The notes under the pieces were generated by a model that was not told the DNA's origin, did not search any database, and saw only the letters and a program-made list of their open reading frames with translations. DNA of 63,858 nucleotides, filler included, from Neophaeotheca triangularis (taxonomy: Eukaryota): assembly GCA_054600435.1 (NCBI GenBank). It is 3 parts of 3 records of this genome, joined end to end, with 100 filler letters (N's around TTAATTAATTAA, not from the genome) between each part and the next. Parts side by side here need not be neighbours in the genome. Positions count along the whole stretch, not along the records: positions 24,517 to 48,764 come from BAAIJX010000114.1; positions 48,865 to 63,858 come from BAAIJX010000120.1; 1 more part is not named here. One strand, given 5' to 3'. How positions within the stretch are numbered: position 1 is the stretch's first letter; every line of letters begins with the position of its first letter. Below are positions 47,265-57,910 of the stretch, piece by piece. The position numbers were made by a program, and so were the translations under genes.

Positions 47265-48341
47265 TTATAATAAAGCAATGTTAGAAGGTATTATTTCAAA
47301 ACTGTATATTACGCAAGGGACTAATACAATTAAAGCTATAACAACCGGTAGCAATATTGTTCATGAAAATGACATCAATTGATCAAAACGTATTCTAGGA
47401 AAAGAGGCTCTTACTCATATAAAGATAAATATCATAACACAAGATTTAAGTCCTAAAGTCAAACCGTACAACATTCCTTCAACAATAGGGTTAGAAAAAA
47501 TCTCTACTTTTTCAGGTAATGTGTAACTGTAATCTATCTGTTGTAATATATATAATAAAGGTGCGTAGTCTAATAAATAACCACCAATAAATAATATACT
47601 TGTTAATATACAAATAAGAACTATACTTGCATATTCAGCTAAAAAGAAAAAAACAAAAATTACCGCGGAATGTTCTGTCATAAATCCACTAACTAATTCA
47701 GATTCCGCCTCAGCAAGATCAAAAGGGGCTCTATTTGTCTCTGCTACAGATCCTATAAAAAATATAATAAAAACAGGTAATAATGGAATTATAAATCAAA
47801 TAGCTCTTTGTGCTTCTATATTTACAGTTAAGTTTAGACTACCTGTTAAAAGAATTACAAGCAGTATCGCAGAACTCAGTATTAGTTCGTAACTTATTAA
47901 TTGGGCTGTACTTCTCAATGACCCTAAAAAGGCATATTTAGAGTTTGCTGATCAACCTGCTAATAGTATACCATATGTAGCTAAAGAAGAAACAGCTAAC
48001 ATGTATAAAATACCCAGATTGAAATCTCATACTGCTAATCCAGGTCCGTATGGTATTACTGCATAACCTAGGAGTGAGAATATTAAAGTAATTATTGGTC
48101 CTAGAAAAAATAGTATAAGGTTTGCTTGTGTAGGAGATACATACTCCTTTAATAATAGTTTAAGAGCATCTGCAAACGCCTGTAATAAACCATAGTATCC
48201 TACAATGTTAGGTCCTAGTCTTCTTTGCATACTTGCCATTGTTTTTCTTTCAGCTACCGTAACAAATGCAACAGTTAGTAGCACAGGTACTGTTATTAAT
48301 AATACTTCAAATATAGATATTAATGTAGGACTATATAACAT
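47265..48341 (-). CDS. nad1: NADH dehydrogenase subunit 1, intronless, 358 aa
   Basis: [48 protein letters not shown]. Confidence 0.97.
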
Positions 48342-48509
48342 ATAATAAATTAAATTAAAACCCAAAATAAATATGCAGAAGTATTTTTATAAATACTAAA
48401 TTTACATTTATTTTTTAGAAAAAAAGACAGATACTGCTGAATTATTATTAAAAATTTTAAGTAAATAATGCCAGACTAATCTAATTATTATTAAGGATAA
48501 AAGTATATT

Positions 48510-48554
<45 letters not shown>

Positions 48555-48613
48555 TGAATTAAAAAAAAAATATTTTTTTTTTTTTTTTTTTTTTAAAAAT
48601 GACCCCAACCAAG

Positions 48614-48764
48614 AAAAAAAAAAAAATAAATAACCTAGTATTTATGAAAATTAATTTAATATAAACATGTCAAATTTAAATAGAAGTAATTTTCAAGGAC
48701 ATCCGTTTCATTTAGTATCAACCTCTCCCTGACCCATATTTACTTGTATAAGTTTATTAAATCT
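48614..48764 (+). repeat. Second copy of the cox3 leader and 5' coding end (matches ~38157-38307), truncated by the contig end
   Basis: Identical except TCA ACC versus TCA CCC at 48721. Confidence 0.9.
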
Positions 48765-48864
48765 NNNNNNNNNNNNNNNNNNNNNNNNNNNNNNNNNNNN
48801 NNNNNNNNTTAATTAATTAANNNNNNNNNNNNNNNNNNNNNNNNNNNNNNNNNNNNNNNNNNNN
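48765..48864. other. Artificial contig spacer
   Basis: N44-TTAATTAATTAA-N44. Confidence 0.97.
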
Positions 48865-48984
48865 ACCCTAACCCTAACCCTAACCCTAACCCTAACCCTA
48901 ACCCTAACCCTAACCCTAACCCTAACCCTAACCCTAACCCTAACCCTAACCCTAACCCTAACCCTAACCCTAACCCTAACCCTA
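48865..48984 (-). repeat. Telomere (CCCTAA)20
   Basis: Perfect ACCCTA repeats from the contig start. Confidence 0.98.
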
Positions 48985-49750
48985 CGACACTAAGGGTACT
49001 ATAGAACTATCCTTAGTTAAGCGCCTATCGATTTAAGACGACGTCTCTTCCTATACTAAGAACCCCTAACCCTAAGTAGCTAGTGGGTTATCTCTACGTA
49101 ATCATAGTATAATTATACTAAGGCTATACTAGTAATTACCGCTCTACTAGATCACTACTATATAGCTATTAATACTGCTTATCGCGACGATAACGTACCT
49201 CGCTATAGCGACTCTAGGTTTAGAATGAATTTACTCTAGCGACCTAATAGTACGATAGTAGTACATAGTATTACTCTTTTCTTTAGTAAAGACACTACTA
49301 AGGTTTTTAATAAGGATACTAATGTATATACTATACCGAGGTTATGCCTTATAATGCTTACGAACGATAGCTTACGGACGAGCTACTAGAGAGGGAGGCA
49401 ATTGTTATGACCGTAATACTAGTAGGATAACGGCAGCCTAGCTATAGGTAGTTCGGGAATACTAAGTATATATACTACAAAAGTATATAAGATAGCTAAT
49501 AGTAAAGCCTCCTGTCTACTATCAAATAGTTTCTATATTAAAGGACTATTACTATTATTACTATCGTTATGTTCCGCCCTCGCTATGCCGTAATCCCGAC
49601 CGAGTTATAGTCTTAGTCTTATACTTACTATAGCTAGGCTACCATTATCCTATTAGCGCTATAGTCGTAATAATAGCTATACTCGCTCTTAGAACATTAT
49701 AAATATTTAAGAACTTATTCCTTAATTGTACCTTACTTCAATACTCTGAA
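48985..49750. repeat. RIP-degenerate subtelomeric relic of unrecognised origin, with interstitial CCCTAACCCTAA near 49064
   Basis: Strong TpA excess and CpA/TpG depletion; no long ORF. Confidence 0.75.
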
Positions 49751-49800
49751 ATTTTGGGAAAACTTGTAAGTGTACAACACATTTCTATTTACATCTACTT

Positions 49801-52800
49801 CTACTCGCGAAAACCAATCCCCGGTATCCGCGTCCGGAGTAGTAAACTACTCGCAACGACGCTTAGACTGCTTAAAGCCATCGCGAGCGCAGCCCATGCC
49901 GGGTCAAGTCGCACATGCGATCCCTCGCTCGTCGTAATCGGATACAACACACCCGCGGCGATTGGTAGCGCCAGCATGTTGTACATGGCCGCCCAGATGA
50001 AGTTGAGGACGACGCGGCGAAAGACGACCCGCGCGAGACTTACGAGGGTGAGGACGGCGTTGAGGTCGGAGTGGACGAGCACGAAAGCGGCGGACTGGAC
50101 GGCGATGTCTGAGCCGGAGGCGATGGCGATGCCGACGTCTGCGGCGGCGAGAGCAGGGGCGTCGTTGATGCCGTCGCCGACCATTGCGACGGTGGCGCGG
50201 GCGCGCTTGTCGATGAGGGCGCCTTGAAGGCGGCCGTGGCGGCGAGGACGCACTGCCCGTTGGAGGTATTTGACTTTGTCGGCCTTTTCCGCGGGGAGCA
50301 CGCCGGCGATGATGTGGTCTGGTGCGATGCCTACCTGGCTTCCGACTGCCCTTGCCGTGCCCGGGCTGTCTCCCGAAAGCATCCAGACGTCGACCCCACG
50401 GGCTTGTAGGGCGGCGATGACTTCCGGTGCTTCGGGTCGTATTGGATCTGATGCGGCGAAGACGGCGAGGAGCTTCCAGTCGGCCTCGGTGACTCTAATT
50501 GCCAGCAGCATGACCGAGTAGCCCGAAGACGTCCAGTCGTGGATGAGGCCGCTTGCTCCGCTCGACACTGACACGCCGTAGTCGTTGAGTAAGGCTTCAT
50601 TTCCGACTAAAGCTTCGTACCGCGGTTTAGTGCCCGAGACCTCGAAGGCTGCTTTGAGCCCTTTCCCGGCAACCTCCTCAACCTGCGACACCTTCACCGC
50701 CACGGGACTGTGCGAGGCCGCATAGCTGACTGCTGCACGAGCAAGCGGGTGATTGCTGTTCTCCTCCATGCCCTTGAGTACGCCGAGGACAGTCGCCTGG
50801 CTCAACTCGCCGCTGTCTTCGAGGATGCGATGGCCAACCATCTTCGGCTCGACACCTTCAGTCAAGGTGCCAGTCTTGTCAAAGACGACAGCATCGAGAT
50901 TGCTTGCTTCTTGGAAAGCTTCTCCTCCGCCCTTGACCAGGATGCCATGCTTTGCAGCAAGCCCACCACCAACGAGTAGCGCGGTCGGTGCAGCAAGACC
51001 CAGACCGCAAGGGCAAGCAATGACAAAGACAGCAATGGCAAATTGAAGGGACCAAGACGGCCAGCCACCACGGTGACCTTCCAGCCAGCTGGTCGGGATA
51101 ATGCCAGAGAGTCCGAGACCTAGCCAGGTAAGCCAGGTTATGATGGCGATCAGTACGATTACGGGCACAAAGTAGGCCGTGAGCAAGTCCGCGACTCGCT
51201 CAACGGGCGCACGCTTTGACTGGCCCTCACGCACAACCTGGATGATGGAGTCTAGCATGGATGCGCCAGCCGGGCCAGTGACTTTGATGGTGATTGCAGT
51301 TCCTCGGTTAATAGTGCCAGAGTAGATGGCATCACCCTGCTTCTTCCCAACGATACGAGACTCTCCCGTCAAACTCGACTCGTCTAGAGCAGCCGATTCA
51401 TCCAGCAGAGTTCCATCGCAAGGTGGGCTTGCGCCGTGAGCGATGCGGATGAAGTCGCCGGTGTCCACAAGATCAACGCTCATCTTTTCAAGGGTGTATG
51501 GGTCGTCTTCGCCGGCTTGCTTCACGAGCGTGGCTTCCGCCGGTCTAAGGTTCCCAAGCGCAGAGACGGCATCGCCGGACTTGGCTTTCATGCTTGCTTC
51601 AGCAAGTCGCCCAAGCAGCAGGAACATGGTGAGAAAGACGACCGAGTCAAAGTAGGACTGTGTCGCGCTGTCCTCTGGGTGAGTGGTGTTTTCCTTAGCG
51701 GCGACAGCGAGCTCAACAAGCGAGGAGAAGTATGCAATGGTAGTTCCCAGGCTGATGAGCATGTTCATGCTTCCAAATCGATAGAAGCGCTTCGCAATTG
51801 GCACCGAGCTGCGAGGGCGCCAGAGAGCGAAGACTTCTTTAGCGGTGCGACGATGGAAATGGTCGGCGGCGAAGAGGTAGACCGGCGTTGCTGTCACAAA
51901 GGTCGCCCATTCCGCTCGGCTCACACCGTGGACTGGTTGCATGAGGTAGCGGTAAGATGGGTCGTCATAGGAGACAACGTTCATGTAGATGACGCCGATG
52001 ACGAGGGAAGGAATGGCAGCGACAACAGCTAGTAGTACGCGGAGGAAGATGGCTTTGGTCTCTTTCCGAAGCATCTCTCGAGAGCGCTGCTCGATTGATT
52101 TGGGTTTGTGAATGGATACGGTGAAAGAGCTGTCGACATTGGTGAGATGCTCGGTGATTCGCCGGATGGTGAAGGTGGGAGCGTCGGGTATGTAGGAAAT
52201 TGTCACGACAGGGTGATCCAGTGCTGGCAGGTGTTGGATCTTGACTCGCTTCAACTCGTGAAGAGCCTCGACGACCCTCTCCGGGCAGTGCTGGCAGTGC
52301 ATGCCGTCTATACGCAGTGACACTCCTCTAGTGGCAGCAGGGTCATCTTGCTTTGCGAGCGACTTAAGATCAGTGAGGGCGGCGTCGTAACCAGACTCGT
52401 CGATTGCGGCTAGAATGTGCGGCTCGTTCTCCTTGCCGGTGAAGGTCACTGCGCCCGAATGGCCGACGAGGTTGATATCCACGGCGTCCACAAAGTCAAG
52501 CTTCTCGACCGCTGAGGAGATGGTACCGACGCACGAACTGCAAGTCATTCCGTCTATGGCGTAAGTTGCCTGCCACTTCTGGTTCCTGGCCGACGCCTGT
52601 CTCTTCCCTACTACATCCTTGAGCTCGGTTAGTTGCGCATCGTAGCCCCCATCTTCGACGGCAGTGATGAGCTCTTCGGTCGCTTGCTCCGGATCGCTGC
52701 TCCTCAATCGCACGGTTGCGCTGTGGCCGACGAGGGATACATCTGCCTTCTCCACAAAGTCGAGGCTCTCGAGTGCGCCCGAGACGTTCCCGACGCAGGA

Positions 52801-53313
52801 ACTGCACGTCATGCCCTCGATTGCGAGAATAGCCTCATACAAAGGTCGTGAGTCGGATGAACCAGAGAAAGTCCCGTAGCTTTGCATCCTCTCCGTCCTC
52901 TTCGCGTCTGTTTGAGCGGCGCACATCTGGCAGTGCTCGAGGTGCAGAAGCCGACTCGTCTCGTCTGTCGACTCTGAGCGGCGTGACGGGTCCCATCGCG
53001 CCACTGATTCCTCCAGAAGGGCATCGTATTCGCTCTCCGTCGAGAGCTTCTCGTCCAAAGTGGTAGTATCAGAAATTGTATCGAATACCTCGTAGCCCGC
53101 TGCCTCGATGGTCCTGGCGATGTTCGCCGCGGTAAGTGCCGGTTGATGCTCGACGGTGACAATATGGCTAACGATTGAGATGTTGCTGATCTTCGGGGCG
53201 GGATCCAGATTCTCCATTAACGAGGTGATGTGGGAGACACATGTCGGGCAATGTAGGTTCGGAATGAGAAAGGAAGTCTGGAGCGACGATTGCCTCGTCC
53301 GGTGCGTCGTCAT
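49801..53313 (-). CDS. Cu(I)-transporting P1B-1 ATPase (CrpA/Ccc2-like), 1170 aa, single exon
   Basis: Four HMA motifs (HCPTC, MTCSSC x2, MHCQHC), TGES, ACPCGLGLAAP, DKTGT, HP, GDGINDAP, YN and MALSS Cu+ ligands. Confidence 0.95.
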   Translation of the reverse strand: MTTHRTRQSSLQTSFLIPNLHCPTCVSHITSLMENLDPAPKISNISIVSHIVTVEHQPALTAANIARTIEAAGYEVFDTISDTTTLDEKLSTESEYDALLEESVARWDPSRRSESTDETSRLLHLEHCQMCAAQTDAKRTERMQSYGTFSGSSDSRPLYEAILAIEGMTCSSCVGNVSGALESLDFVEKADVSLVGHSATVRLRSSDPEQATEELITAVEDGGYDAQLTELKDVVGKRQASARNQKWQATYAIDGMTCSSCVGTISSAVEKLDFVDAVDINLVGHSGAVTFTGKENEPHILAAIDESGYDAALTDLKSLAKQDDPAATRGVSLRIDGMHCQHCPERVVEALHELKRVKIQHLPALDHPVVTISYIPDAPTFTIRRITEHLTNVDSSFTVSIHKPKSIEQRSREMLRKETKAIFLRVLLAVVAAIPSLVIGVIYMNVVSYDDPSYRYLMQPVHGVSRAEWATFVTATPVYLFAADHFHRRTAKEVFALWRPRSSVPIAKRFYRFGSMNMLISLGTTIAYFSSLVELAVAAKENTTHPEDSATQSYFDSVVFLTMFLLLGRLAEASMKAKSGDAVSALGNLRPAEATLVKQAGEDDPYTLEKMSVDLVDTGDFIRIAHGASPPCDGTLLDESAALDESSLTGESRIVGKKQGDAIYSGTINRGTAITIKVTGPAGASMLDSIIQVVREGQSKRAPVERVADLLTAYFVPVIVLIAIITWLTWLGLGLSGIIPTSWLEGHRGGWPSWSLQFAIAVFVIACPCGLGLAAPTALLVGGGLAAKHGILVKGGGEAFQEASNLDAVVFDKTGTLTEGVEPKMVGHRILEDSGELSQATVLGVLKGMEENSNHPLARAAVSYAASHSPVAVKVSQVEEVAGKGLKAAFEVSGTKPRYEALVGNEALLNDYGVSVSSGASGLIHDWTSSGYSVMLLAIRVTEADWKLLAVFAASDPIRPEAPEVIAALQARGVDVWMLSGDSPGTARAVGSQVGIAPDHIIAGVLPAEKADKVKYLQRAVRPRRHGRLQGALIDKRARATVAMVGDGINDAPALAAADVGIAIASGSDIAVQSAAFVLVHSDLNAVLTLVSLARVVFRRVVLNFIWAAMYNMLALPIAAGVLYPITTSEGSHVRLDPAWAALAMALSSLSVVASSLLLRTRIPGIGFRE

Positions 53314-54167
53314 GGCTCTTCGAATGGGTCCAACCCCTTTCCAACCCCTTGGAAAATGGACCTGATGTCCCGAGATGATATTTCAAAAGCCCCTGAACGA
53401 AGCAGTTGATGTCGGGTTCCTTATTTATCTTGTCCAACTCCACCGAGGTGGCAATGGTTCGGGAGCAGCCGGTGGTGATGGAGCAATCGCACAAATTTCT
53501 CGCCCGCACAAATCCCGCACAAGCACAAAACGCTCACGTCGCTTTGTCAGCAGCTGCCAAGCAAGCTGCAACTTCACCTCGACTTTTGAAGTTTAGAGCC
53601 TTTAACTGTTCTCGGGTTCCAATCAACTCATCTTGTGCTGTAACTTGATGTATCTGTATGAAACTTCATGGCAGCTGATTTGTCTACATGACATCTTGCG
53701 TCTTTCCTGAGCAACATCGGCTTGAAACTATCACGCTCGTCATTACTAAATGCCTGTCGCTGTAAAGGATCGAGTGGAATTGACTTGGGTGATCGCCTGC
53801 GGACTTTTCGGTTAGCTCAATTAATTACCATGTTGTCGAGCCACTAAGTGTTGAGTCTACCAGTGTTACAGATACAGCTAAGTGCTTTATTGAGAATCCA
53901 CAAAAGTACTTGCCATGTAGATACTATCACGCTAAATCTAGTCCTGGTGACACCTCGCATCGACTCGCAGTCTTTTCCGTGTCAATTTCAACCTGTCTTC
54001 CCAGGATTCGCCGTCTCCATTCATTCATCCTTTCCTTCGTCTTCGATGCTTCTACCATTTTCAGTCCAAACGACTTCTACTCTTCCACCTTTCTACTGGC
54101 TCACGGACTCAGGACCTCACCATTAAACCACAACAACTACCCGTTCATCATCAACGAACATTCCACG

Positions 54168-55156
54168 ATGGACATCCAAGCCCAGCAAGAAGCTCGCGCC
54201 CAGCGCAAGGAGGCCATAATCAACGTCATCCTCCATCTCAACCAACAAGGCGTCTTCCGACAAAACGAGTTCATCGTGTATCAAACACTGATGAACCACG
54301 GTGCGTCGTCTGAGTGGGCTCGAGCAATAGTCATGTTGCTCCAGACCGGCATTGAGAGCAGAGGAGAATGGACGCAGGCATTCTACCAGATTGATGTGCA
54401 GGCTGGCTTGTCGAAGGCACAGGCTTCAGACTTGTCATCAATCAAGCCGAATCAAGTCAAAATCAATTCACCTACTGTTTTGACTTGAACTTGGCATCAA
54501 ATCAAGATCAATTTGATTAAACCGTAGACCTACCAAGATCAAATTAAGGGGTGGCTTGATTAACAAGCCTTGTCAAGGCTTGATAGGGTTATAATAGAGG
54601 GTCATGTGACTAATATGTTTATAAGTGAATGTTGCTAGTTTGCAAACTAAACTCTGACCCTACTTATTAGAGCTTATCGTAGCTATCTTATTGGTTTCCT
54701 ATTTCACCGGAGATCCGCCGGGCTAACCTTAGGCGGTTTACATACACCTCCGCATATACCTCTGCGTCGCGCTATATAGGACCATTTTACTACTATACCT
54801 ATTCACGTTAGTACTCGACTAATATGAACCTAAGAGCTACTATACGCACTTCCGAGCCACTATGCGCACCTCCGAGCGACTATACATACGTACCTAAGAG
54901 CCACCATGCCGCTATGCGCACCTAAGAGCACCTTCCTAATGCGGTGATGCCAGCAGGTATTAAGCCTTGACAATTAAAATCAGTTCACTGACTGACTTGA
55001 CTTGTTAAGTCAAAATCAATTCACCTACCTCTATAGACCTATCAAGTCAAGACCAATTTACCTACCGTCTTGACTTGATTTGATTGATGACAAGTCTGAC
55101 AGGCTTATGCGAAGACCATCGCTGAGTATTTGCTGAGTGGTGGACGAGATACTTGA
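54168..55156 (+). pseudogene. Small orphan helical protein gene (102 aa when reconstituted) disrupted by a MITE
   Basis: Removing 54427-55106 restores ...AGLSKAQAYAKTIAEYLLSGGRDT*, which aligns with the C-terminus of the 55962-56243 protein. Confidence 0.8.
54427..55098. mobile_element. Non-autonomous hAT-type TIR element (MITE), 672 bp
   Basis: 19-bp perfect TIR CAGACTTGTCATCAATCAA; 8-bp TSD ACAGGCTT at 54419-54426 and 55099-55106; subterminal TCAAGTCAA repeats; no ORF. Confidence 0.93.
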
Positions 55157-55961
55157 TGCAGACCTGCTGATTGCCCGCGACTGAAAGCCGCTGGATTTAC
55201 ACAGCGATGCGGCTGATGCCACCTCGTCTCGGTGGTGTGCGTGTACGGGAATCCATGTTTTCATGGCGATTGTATGTAGCTTTGTTTGGGATGTAAACGT
55301 CTTGAAAACAAATTCCTCCGTTACAGCCCGTGATCAATTCTGCTGCCACAACTTCACGACGCCCCGCTCTTGAGCATGTCGAGTCATACCCTCTCTACGA
55401 ACCATTCCAGGGGGATTTGATGACACTGACCGCGGTGTAGACAACCTCTAGGTGATCTCTCGCCGATAATTCTACGCAAACCGTTCTTGGCATTTCTGGC
55501 TGAGAAGTAGTACGCCAACGTTTCCCGTATAAAATCTTGGTTGCCAACCAGTTAAATTAGTCAAGCATGGAATGACATGTCTCCTACGTTACCACGCAGT
55601 TGGAAGCGACAAAGAGCTATGAAGAGATTCCTTAGTAGTGTCGTTCGAGGAATTATAGCGACGTGTCTAGGGCTACTATAGCCTACGGTTACTAGAGCCC
55701 TCGGCTACTACGGTCACGGGTAGTCGATCAAAAGATGCCTCCCTTTCGGTCCCGGAGAGTTTCTTCAACTTAACAACAACATCCATCCCCCGGTTCCAAT
55801 CTCGCTTCAGCTCTAGCTAATTCCTGGGCCCATCAACAACTCGCGCGGTCGTTCCTACTCCCTCACCCATTCGAACCGGATGGTTTTGGATCGATACCTT
55901 CAACTCTCAATCCCCACCAAATCCGCGACTCTCGCTTCATCGACGCTAGTACCAGCCCGAA

Positions 55962-56243
55962 ATGTCCAGCCAGCTCCAACAGCTCTGCCAAATTCTACTC
56001 GACTGTATCATCTCCGGCGTACCCGAGCAAGGAGTGTGGAGTGCATTTGACTACCTCACGAGAAGGGGTTTGCCTTACAAGATGGCTGTTGATGCCGTCG
56101 TCTTGATCGACCAGGGAATGTTGGGCCGGCGGGGGGGCTTTGCGCTGATGTGGTATCGAAACATGATCAGCCATGGGAAATCGCACGAGGAGGCATGGTG
56201 TGCTGTTATGGCCGACATCTTGATCAGTGGGTGTGAGTTATGA
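55962..56243 (+). CDS. Small orphan helical protein, 93 aa, paralog of the 54168 gene
   Basis: ATG in good context (CGAAATG); shared GV..Q, L...G, RG.W/F, G.S...AW/Y...A..L.SG pattern. Confidence 0.7.
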   Translation: MSSQLQQLCQILLDCIISGVPEQGVWSAFDYLTRRGLPYKMAVDAVVLIDQGMLGRRGGFALMWYRNMISHGKSHEEAWCAVMADILISGCEL

Positions 56244-56771
56244 GATTCGGTGCTTCAAGATGCTAGGCACACTGCGATGGGAAGGACTTGGTGTTTGGCG
56301 TTGTGATCATGACTTGGAAGATATTTTGAACTAAGCGAGTCATCTTAAGCTCCTGTTTGTCTGTTACCGGTAACTCAGTGTTCCCTGAATCAGTCATAGC
56401 CGTCGTAATTTCGACCTTCGATGAAACGGGGTCGCAGGACGTAATCAAGTCAGTGTACTTAGCAGATCAGTAGCATGCATCGGATAGACCATAGCCTATA
56501 CGTGGAAGAACGCCTATTCAAGTGCTTGCACTACTTCAACACTGCTTTGTACTCGTAGACTGCATCCTTCGCGGCATTTAGCAATACTAGAAGGTGGAAC
56601 GGGAGTAACAAAACGGCAAAGGAATGACTTCAAGCACATAAAGCAATTGTATCGAGTATACGGGAGTCTCATGAGTCTCCCAGAAGAAGCAAGAAAACAG
56701 CACTCGCTTGCCTATACTTACTGCTAGTCTTAAGCAAACTCCACGACGTGCTATCCTACGCAGCCCCAAAA

Positions 56772-57416
56772 TCAAGCGTTCTTATTAGGCAACCCTGTCT
56801 TTGCCTTGATTCCCTCCTCGATACGCAACATCTCCGGCCACAAGCCATTCGCCACGCAGTACTCCTTGATCTCCTCAAACTCCGGACAAGCATGTACCCC
56901 ACCCTTGAGCTGGCGATGCATGACTTGATTCTTTGCACTACTGACGAAAGACGGATCGAAGGAGCCGCACTCCATGATCATCGCGAACTCGGAGAGAATG
57001 AGAGGAGTATCGCGAATGTAATCGTAGAGAGCATCGCGGATCTCGTTCCCGCGCCTGGCGACGTCGAGGCTGAAAGCGTGGGAGGTCATGCATAGAAGTA
57101 AGCAGTCGTCGAAGCGTGGACCAAGACCATCGTTGCCTTCGCAGTATTGGAGCGTGAGAGGTTTTGGCTCGCCGAGAGTCTGGTCTGACAGCCACTTGGT
57201 GATGATGGCAGCAGAACTGAGGTCGATCCAGCGGTAGTTGAGCATCAAAGTGTTGGCTGGGGCCCCTACATGTGGCTGAAGCTGCTTCCGGGCGGCGTGA
57301 GAGAACTGTAAGAGGGTTTTTCGGTCCACGTTCTCGGCAATGAGGATCATTTCTTTGCCCTTAACCGTGGCAACGGTGACGGTAGGCTTCGCGATGGTAA
57401 GGGTAGGGGTCGGCAT
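56772..57416 (-). CDS. Hypothetical protein, degenerate BTB/POZ-like, 214 aa
   Basis: VDRKTLLQFSHAARKQL..TLML..AAIITKWL pattern; homologous to 57911-58540. Confidence 0.7.
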   Translation of the reverse strand: MPTPTLTIAKPTVTVATVKGKEMILIAENVDRKTLLQFSHAARKQLQPHVGAPANTLMLNYRWIDLSSAAIITKWLSDQTLGEPKPLTLQYCEGNDGLGPRFDDCLLLCMTSHAFSLDVARRGNEIRDALYDYIRDTPLILSEFAMIMECGSFDPSFVSSAKNQVMHRQLKGGVHACPEFEEIKEYCVANGLWPEMLRIEEGIKAKTGLPNKNA

Positions 57417-57910
57417 GGCTGCGTAGTATTGTCAGTTATTTGGTTTCACTGAGATTAAGGTGGCAGCATACTTTTTGATCCTTCGAGGTTGACGCTCGGC
57501 TGGAGGTTGATCGAGTAGCAGTGGTAAAGTCGCTGCTTCAGCTGGTCAGTTGCAGGAGTCTTGAGAGATGCATGAGGGTCGTTAGGGTAATCTCACGGAA
57601 GTGAAAATGAGCTGGGAGGTCAACGTGAATGTGATCCGGTTAGGGTACGTGCTGAGTTTGCTGCCTTGTCAGGTGAGAAAGAAGCGTGTATTGTGTCTGG
57701 TGGCGCAGTAAAAGCGCACTTCGACTATTTAAAGGTCCTTCAACTTCTCCAAGCACCTAATAATTCTTCGTCCCCCCAAGATCTATCCAAACGTTGGTCC
57801 ATCTCTTGTAGTCTTTCTTTGAATACCATACTCACCGCAAAAGTATACCGACTTATACCATCAACCGCCTCCGATAACATCACCTGCAGCCATACCACAA
57901 GTTCACAACT

